Below, piece by piece: positions 55,201 to 64,000 of a stretch of 64,000 nt of DNA (position 1 is its first letter; each line of letters begins with the position of its first letter). The translations under genes and the position numbers were made by a program. The DNA comes from Ptychomitrium polyphyllum (taxonomy: Eukaryota): the NCBI GenBank assembly GCA_973851085.1, contig OZ316775.1, positions 17,546,001 through 17,610,000 of the forward strand, written 5' to 3'. The notes below the pieces were generated by a model. It did not search any database. It was not told the origin of the DNA and saw only the letters and a program-made list of their open reading frames with translations.

Positions 55201-57610
55201 TGTATAAATGAGATGTTAGATAAAATTTGAATTGAGAATGTAAAAATTAAAAACCAATCACAATATTTGGCATTGAACATTCAGTGAACCTTCATTAAAC
55301 CTTCAATAGTTTTTCTTCAAAAAGAAACTTTCCAAGAATTCATATTTTCTAATGTGAAATCTTAGAACGATATTCCCTTAATCTGAGACTTCAACCTCGA
55401 GGTACCAAGCACATCCTCCAAGTCTTCAACAATAGCAATTTCTTTTGGAAGGTACTTACGCCTCGAGAGTGAAGTTCTTCAGGATTCCATTCGTTGGGAT
55501 TTCACCCCAGAGAAAGTTCGAAGAGACGTTCCTGCACAGGAGCCCATATACTATGAAGATCTTCAATAATGACGCAACAGAGAACAGCAGGAAATCTGAG
55601 ATTATAATTCAAACACTTCACAAGGAGACGGACACTTATATGCAGCATAAACATTTTAGATGGATTAACTTACAGGGAGCTCAGCCTGTAAAGGGAACCG
55701 ATACTACTGGGAATGTTACCCATTAATCCATTGCTTGCCAAGTTCCTGCAAGTTTCGAGTGCATGTTATTATTCACATCAACGAGTCACTGTCTAAAGTT
55801 TCAAAATCGTACAACATTACCAATATAGAATGTTGTCACAGCAGGTTTGCGTGGTGATCGTACTTACAATGCCATAAGAAATCTGAGCTTTCCAAGCTCT
55901 GCCGGTATGATCTCAGTAAGATAGTTCTTTTGAAGGTACCTGTGGAGGTGTCCAAAACAAAGTGAATTCTACACTGTAGTCACAATATGAAATTTACCGT
56001 TATTATTTTCTTCTAGTGATTCATAAACAAAGGAAAAATCATGTGATTCATGTTGTCTTGTTCAAACTGAAGGACCGGAGTGTGTTTTTAAATTGATAGC
56101 TGTAGCCTGTGGGGAAAAGCGTATCAACGTGAATATTTCATACTTAGGGATGTAATGGCCTAAAGTAATGCTTTTCAAAAGATCACAAAAAAATTTACAA
56201 ATGCCTCAAAGCTGTGCAGTTTCCAAGTTCCTTTGGAATAGGTCCATAAAGCTGGTTCGAATGTAAGCTCCTGCAGTATTTACAAAATCGCAGTTAAGAA
56301 AAAGGCGGGATGACTTCTGCAACTAGTCAGACCCAGCTTAGAATCACTGGTGCAGTACGATACATACAAATAATCCGTCACCAAGCACAATACCATTCAG
56401 GCGATATAGAGTCCAGTTCTAAATAGCATTTAAAGACCATTGGCAGGACAGTTCCTTAGACCATCATGACAAGTCCTCAAGTTACAGTAGTCGCCTGAAG
56501 ACGAAGAGAATAGGCAGCCTCCTTCTACGTCTAAGACACGAGTACTATCGAGCTGATATTTTGCAGCATTAAAACCTTAGAACTTAAGATAGATCAGTAA
56601 AATAACTATGAAAAGGCTTTCAAGGATTTTGATGATCGAGGCCGTACAAGCTGCGGAGCTGATCAAGCTGGCCAATTGCCGGTGATATAGTTCCTCGTAA
56701 CCTTTTAGACGAAAGTACCCTGAGAAGCGGTTATTTAAGCACAGATCAATATTTATCTTCTCCTTCTTGATTCCTCAAGGATCTTATAGAGGCAGCCCAA
56801 TGTATAATGAAGATAACCGCAAGCAAGTGAAGTTATAAAATCTTAAAAAGAGACTTTTATAGCCAACTTGTTGCTTACTCATGACTATAAAGATTTGCAT
56901 AGTGTTCAAAGTAAAAAAAGTAAGATATCACAAAGACTTGCTACTTACAGCAGGTGCACGCGGCCTGTTTCTAGCTGGCATCTAACTCCAGTCCATTTAC
57001 AAGGGTTAGCATCCGATTCGTTCCAGTTGGCAAGATAGTTCTTAGGGTCGGTAAGAAGTTTCTTGAGCAATATCAACGTCACACCTGGACACAAGGTGTA
57101 TCATAGAATCCATTGTCAGTACACCAATGATGCCTTCGAAATCTGCGTTGTTCATACAAATCTCACTCTGCAAACGTGTTTCTTTTCTGTATCCCACGAA
57201 AGTTGTTAATTCCTTCAATACTGGACTTTCGAAATTCTTAACGACAGTGTCATGCCATTAAGTCTTTGCCGAACATCATCAAATATCTTTCTTCAGTATG
57301 ATTTGGCGTTATCGTTTGAATAGCTGTAAAAGACTGACTGAAGGTAACGATAGGGGAATATACAGTGCCTCAACACAATGGCTAGGATACGGAGGAACTT
57401 CGTAGCATCACCGAAATATGTAGAATGAAGCTCACCGTCAGGCGATAATGCCAAGCTCGAGGATGCCAAAATCAAGGTGAATACAAGTACATAAATGATT
57501 TGTATGATTCGGTTTCTCAAAACTGAGCCACCTTGTGAAAAGTGCCAAATGCTCTTCTCTCTCGTCATTTCTTCTACTCCAAGCCTCAGAATTACTCTTG
57601 TGTGTGGCAT
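52202..57610 (-). CDS. LRR receptor-like kinase, FEI-like (LRR-XIII type), 13 exons, with a non-canonical catalytic loop
   Basis: [28 protein letters not shown], 72-bp LRR exons, [11 protein letters not shown] ending [44 protein letters not shown] and [12 protein letters not shown]. The spliced frame appears open. Start is at 57610 or 57568. Confidence 0.93.
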
Positions 57611-60600
57611 CGCATGATTGTCAATCCTATCTTAACCACATGTTGTAACGAAGGCAATGTTAGACATGAAAATGTTATACAAAGGCTCAGATATTCGTCT
57701 GATACCGCTGTTGCTCCATAAAATCTATCTTCAAGTAGAAATTTACAAGATGGATAACTGAAAACAAACAAGGATGAGGGCAGCAGAACAGAAAAATGAG
57801 CGAAGTTTCACCAGAACACAGACGGTCATGTTTCAGGTGGCTGCTCGTCTCATGAATATTGAAGAGCTTCTTAATAAATTGCTTCGAGATGTCCCCATGT
57901 GATACAGAGGTTTTCTCTTATGATAATTTATATCTTTCTAATTGGAAAGAAACCTGATGCCGATTCAGTGTATCCACTTATGGAACCTTATAAGATGGAT
58001 TAGCGGTCACGAGAGAAATCTTCTACGTATTTCCCGACTTTGTCTCGATGTGTGAGAAAGGATGGCAAGTGAAAGGAAATGAAGCGACTCTATTTGGTTA
58101 CCTTGCGTGCTACGCACCAGCCGCATAGACAAAAGTAAGCACGCGAGGTAGACCAGATAGCAGCTATCGCCGGCTATGCTTCCACCTTCTCGGTATCTTC
58201 TACAGTATGTCAGAATTCGCAGGAGCAATTGCTTTCAAAACGAAGCGACATTTGAGCTCCTCTTTATTTTTCAAAAAATGTACAGAGCTGGCGAGTAAAC
58301 AAAGCTGGTGCTGGTCTCCCGAGCTCCAGTTTTCTACCGTTTGTGGATGCCCTCCAAGGAAATGCTTGGAGAATAGCCTGAAGAATTTGATATGCACAAC
58401 TTCATATGAAACAACAACTTGCAAGGGAAGCGTAAGTACGATTCAAAGCGACGATTATCATCTTTTTGAAGGCTAAAAAGTTACTGTAACGCACGCTTGG
58501 ATAGCTATTTCTTCTTCTTGTGACATAGAGAGCGCGCCATTAGTGTTAAGGTTAAACAGCTCTCATTATCTTGTCATATGTTGTTAACCAAATGGCATTG
58601 ATTAATGTTCTGGAAGGAGGTGAGGGACGATAAGCTCTGCTTTAGATCTCAGATCGTCCTCGGCGTCATCTATTAAAATCAATAATCAGGTACAAGGCAT
58701 TCCTACAAGAAGCAACACTGACCTCCTCAAAGAGCATACACTGCGTGAACAAATTGGAGAAAAATCTCAGGTAAAAGATATGGCAATGCGCTTATCACTC
58801 TCCCTATCGACCTCCCTCATTAACGTAAAAATCCTTGAAACTGAAAGGAGCTACAATACCGGTCTCCTAAGCTGCAAGTACCCGAATCGCGAGATTGCGG
58901 ACTCGCCGAGACCAAAGCTCATAGATGCAGCAAATATATCACTCTTTCACTCGGCTTCCTCCAACGCTCACCCGGACCGCTTCTCGACATCGAGATCGAG
59001 ACACGTTACCTGCCAATGCGGCTGGTCAAGAATGTAGATTCAGCAGAATGCGCTGTAGAAGAATCAACAAAATGGTTCCACTCACAGCTATTCATAATTG
59101 CCATCTCCTAACCCTGACCAAGTGTCAAACCGAAGTCGACAACTCCTTGCACACAACACACTCGAACTACGCCGCATGTCCGCCTCTCCGCCACTTAATC
59201 ACTTCACTCCACTCCACAGCACTGTATTTCCCAGGAGCCGCACACACAAATGGCCGCAAGAAGATCTCCAGGTGATTCCGTTGGCCAATGGCCGCGCCTG
59301 GCAGACCGAGACGCGTGCGGAATCCAGAAGCGGCTGCACAGCAAGCGCAAGCTGTGGAATAATCTGCCGAGATCCTGCGATTTACTGGATATGTTCCAGC
59401 AAGGGCTATGTTTATAACGTAGGACACCAGTTGTGGCTGCGACTGCACTGTAGCAGATATTGTGATAGGAACGCGGTACGCGGACGGAGGACGTAACGGC
59501 CTAATGCAGGACGGGGTATACGTGAAAGTCTCAACGGACCCAGAAGTGACTCCGTGCTCCCTGACGTGACTCGCGGTGGAACGGAAACATTTTTCCCCAT
59601 GATTCTCTCAATGCTCATCGATTATTCCTCCGTCCTATTCCCCCAGTTTAGGGCGAGCAGATGCTGGTTCCTCAGTGTGAATTTACGTTTAGGCTACAGT
59701 AATTGCGCCAGAACTGGAATTAGCGGAACTATGACACTAAAAACTGGTATTTACTCTAGTATGGAGTTTAAAGTCACGGTAATTCACTATGTGGTGGATG
59801 ACATTGTTTATAAACAAAGTTACCTCATGGTGCTTAGTAGTTCTAATCAAAAGCCTTGATGGTGACTCTGATTCAGCGGTTCAGTGGTAAACATCATGAT
59901 AAAATGTTTAGAATTGGTGATACTATATACCATTTTAGTATACACCTTGAGTCTACGTCTGGGAGTGCAATTTCAATTTTCATTGTGTCTGTGAGGCATT
60001 TGCATATTTGAACTACTGTGTTACACAGGGTAACTTTCCGGTAGTGTAGTGTTCACAGCTGGGCCGGGCTCTGAAATTTTGTCAAAGGCCGTCTCCATTC
60101 AGCTCAGTTGAGAATTTTACTCTTTTTTTTCTTTTGATGACGATATAAATCCCGTGGCAGGTGAATTTACGTTTGTCCAAGCTTACCTACTGTGGAACTT
60201 CATGGCCCACTAGGTAAGCGTGGACAAACATACCGAATTCTGGAAATCTACTCACCAATCAGTGATTCGGGAAGAAATGCGAGCGTGTGCAATTGCACGT
60301 GTCCCTAAGCTCCCAATATCTCCAGTCACAACTCACAAGAAAAAGTTATGCCTCAAATAACAGTTCCACATGCTTTTAGTAATTGCAACGATCATCTGGT
60401 ACGGAAATCAGCTCGTCGAATCCTCTTCCTCTTGCGTAAATCTAAATCCTTTCTAGGAAGCCAAATTTGGCTTCGAAATCATATGCCAAATTCAATCAAA
60501 TGTATCAAAAATAGATATTTAAAATCTCAGAATATAAATTTAAAATATGGAATCTTTATTTTAATTTTAAATCTTAGAATAAAAGATATAATATTCAAGA

Positions 60601-60779
60601 TTGTAAAAACAATGAATGATTAATTCTTTAAAGCATTAATTTAGAATTTAGTAAAGGCATTAAATATTTGGATATTCGGTTAATTAAAATTAAGTTTAAG
60701 ATTTTAGATTGCTTAAAGGTATAAAGTATTATAGAAAGAGTAATTATAAGGCAAGGCTTTAGGATTCCAAAATGTGGAA

Positions 60780-61147
60780 CAAGATATGTTTAAAATATAT
60801 TAGAGGTAAAGAGTTATAACAAGATACAAGGACAAGGCCAGAAGGTCTGAACTAAACCACAAGAGATATGTTGTCAAGATTGAAGATCCCTTCAACCTTA
60901 CATCCTATATATATACTAGAATTACAAACCTTGGAAGCTTCTTGGGAAGCTTCTACTATATTGCTTTGTTCTCAAGCAACTTTGAGCTGTTTCCTTGAAA
61001 GTTTTTTAAGCCAAGGTAACTTCTATAGAAACTTCCTAAGCCAAGGTAACTTCTTTAGAAGCTTTTTAATTTGAGGTAACTTCCTTAAAAGCTTCCTAAA
61101 CCTTTTAAAAACCTTTTTAAATGCTTCTTAAATATATATGCGTGACA
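60780..61147. mobile_element. Degenerate gypsy-type LTR remnant related to the LTR at 1-756
   Basis: Ends in ...CGTGACA like position 756. It has a similar CCTATATAT motif and ~30-bp tandem units (AAGCCAAGGTAACTTCTATAGAAACTTCCT, about three copies at 61008-61097). The left boundary is uncertain. Confidence 0.55.
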
Positions 61148-64000
61148 GAAGATTAACTTCATTTTTGAAATTTCTATCAATTTCTCTAATTTAAAATTAT
61201 TTGTTTTATGCTAAATTTTTAACAAAACCATATTATTGCACTTGCTTTTTTAGACAATCAATACACTCATATCTATGGAAATTTATGTTTTAAATGTTAC
61301 AAGTTTGATATTTCAATTTGCAGTCAATGCAAATATGAAGCTATATTTTAATAAGAATTTTAACAACAAGCATATTAAAGAAGTTATTTAATATTAAACC
61401 TAATCATTGTAAAAAATGCATGGTGTATTTTTTTCTGACATTTTTGGAATAAGTTGTACAATCTTCTATTAAAAGATTTACTACTAAATTACACCATATA
61501 TTGAATTGTTTTGTTCCATTCAACTTTCTATGGAATACATTTAATTTTTTATTCCTTCATTTGCCAAAAATCTAAATATCAAGCAAATAAGAAAAGTCTT
61601 CAACTTCTAAGCAACCGTCTTTTTATTATATGTTCCTAAAATTGATTGCAATTTCATATTATTTTACTCTTGTTGGTGAGAGTTCAAATTACTTGTAATT
61701 TTTAAAGTTCTACTAACATGAAAATAAGTGTGGTATATGCTGAGAGCTATATAAAATGCTCCCTTAAATTAATTGCTAAATTTTTCCTAGTTTTTTCTAC
61801 TTTATATTAATTTTAATATTAATTCCATTAAATATAATGGTGAAATATGTCTATTAGATTTATTTTGGCTTCAAAGGGGCTAAAGCCATCAATCAAGAGC
61901 AAATCCAACTAATTAGTAGTATAGTAGTTATTATGAAGTTTTAAAATAAGTATATTCTATTTTTTGATCAAATCATAAAAACCTACAGTAGTGAAATATC
62001 CACTAACATTCTAGCTTAGATTTCATTGGTATAATTCCATAATCTAAGTCCATTGATAAGAGTCACTATTCATTTTGAAATTATTTAGCCCTCTTTCTAA
62101 AAAGTCAGCTTCAATATAGGATTTCTTAATTTCCCTCAATCTTCATCAAATAATTGATCTTTTGAACTAGCAATGATTTTTAAGGGTTTTTCTAGGAATT
62201 AAATACAATAGAAGCAACCTAAGATTCTTTGAACCTCCCTAGAATCTATATTTTTTAATTTTCTAATAGACTTTATTTAATTATAACAAAAAAATTAGTA
62301 TTTCAATGTTTTAAAGATCCAATTATAATGAATTTTGATAAAGTCCACCATTTCTATTCAATGGATAAATTTTTCGTATTTAATTTATTTTTTAATTTAG
62401 TTCCCCTTAATTTTCTTCCATTTTTCAAGATAATGTAAATTGCACTAGAAATTCACTTAAATTCATGAAGAATTTCAAAAAGCCTAATTTTTTTTTTGAA
62501 GACTAATTGCTATATCTGGATATCAAATTAAATTTTATTTTTTTCATCAAAGCTATAGTTTGTGAGTTATCAAAATCTTTAAGTTAAACTATGTTTTAGG
62601 AATTACTTTTAAAATTCATAGAAGGCAATTCCTAATTCTATAAATTAGTTTTTCATTATAAAAATTAGTGCTATAATTTGAGTGGAAAAATTTTAATCAA
62701 ATTCTATAGTAAACTACTAATCAAAGTTAAACTACATTATACACTTAGTAATTTGAACTGCGTCATTGAAATGCAAAAGAAGATCAAAAAATTATGAGAA
62801 ATTCACCTTTAAGCAATGTTAGTATTTTGGGCATGTAAATGACTTCGTTTTTTTATACTAAACCAATTTTTGATGTTCTTTTAAACTTTAAAGCCAAAAC
62901 ACCATATTAAGCTAATTTGGAAGTTTTTTTCATCCGTCCACAATTTTGAATTGGCCCTTTTTTTTTTTGATTTGGCCATTGTCTCTCTTCTTGGTGACGC
63001 TCCTCACTTGCTTCTCTTATAGTGACTCTTTCTCCTTCTTACCGTTGGCTTTTTTTATTTTTTATTTTTTATTTTTTATTTTTTTAAATTTTAAATTTTA
63101 TTTTATGCTTTATTTCTTTAATAGGGGTAGTGTAAAAATTTGAAGAAGCATTGATCTAGAGCTTGGAGCACGGATTGGAGCTTAGAAGTGTAAAGCTGAA
63201 GACAAGACAAAAGGTGTCCAAATGATAGAAAACCACCATTACAAACCTATGATGGCGGCAAACCCAAATCAGGCCTTTGTAATTGCTTCAAATCTTAATT
63301 TGACATTTTATTTTTATAGATTGCAATCTTAATTTTTGATGGATATATAGCATGCTCAAATCCATGCTTTGATGAATTAATTATAATTATTTAAAATTGA
63401 AGTACAACTTTGAAAATAATTTAAAAATATTTGGCATTGTTTCCTTTGATGGATGGTTTATAGACATGGAGAAGAGCTAAATGGATGAACTTAAATGGTG
63501 GATGAAAATATAATTATAGATGAATTTAGAACTGGATTGGCAATAAGTTAATTCAAACATTCAAATTTGAATGAAATGTGATAATAATGTAGTTGAGAAA
63601 ATAATAAAACTCAAATACTGCCTAATCAAATTAATTAATTTTATGTTATTTAATTAATTTTGTGTGGATTTTATAAGCTACCAATTAAAATGGATTATTT
63701 TATCCTACATTTTTTATAGTAAACTTGTTGCAATAAACTTGTCAACCTCCTAGCCTTTTCTTGGGAATGCAGAGGTAAAAGTAAATTCTTTATTCAAATG
63801 CTACATTGTATATGGCTTGCTTTACATTGCTTGTTGTTAGAGTCTTGGTTCTAAAAATTAAAAAGGCAAACAAATTGGAGAGATGGTAGACCTCTAATTC
63901 ATTGTCATTTCTTATGAATTAATATTCTGAATCAAATTAAAAAAAATAAAACAATAATTAGAACTTAAGAAATTTAATAAATTTTTTTGATGTGAATCCA

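Noticed and set aside
58000..59900. Short ORFs upstream of the LRR-RLK
   Set aside because: No motifs. Consistent with 5' UTR, intron or promoter sequence.

Overview
Eukaryotic nuclear DNA from a moss, most likely Physcomitrium patens or a close relative. The evidence is a LEAFY gene with the moss-type DNA-binding residues plus a flagellar IFT20 gene. Positions 1-9.7 kb are a three-level LTR retrotransposon nest. A decayed chromodomain Ty3/gypsy element (minus strand) carries a full-length decayed Ty1/copia element (411-bp LTRs, TSD TAGTA, half-tRNA-type PBS), which in turn carries a 1143-bp solo LTR (TSD CAACA). The rest is gene-rich euchromatin with AT-rich spacers. It holds a DUF642-like surface protein, a SnRK1 beta subunit, LEAFY, plastid ribosomal protein PSRP6, IFT20, an ALMT channel, a ribokinase-like gene with altered catalytic motifs, a serine carboxypeptidase-like gene, a probable ENTH/epsin pseudogene, a secreted S-protein homologue (SPH) and a FEI-like LRR receptor kinase whose catalytic HRD is replaced by HSH. 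The most notable observations are the adjacent SPH and pseudokinase receptor, in-frame uORFs abutting the predicted LFY start, fold-back elements upstream of LFY, and a possible extra ORF in the gypsy element. Exon boundaries were derived by hand from GT-AG sites and reading-frame continuity. Family assignments are from motif recognition only, with no database searches.
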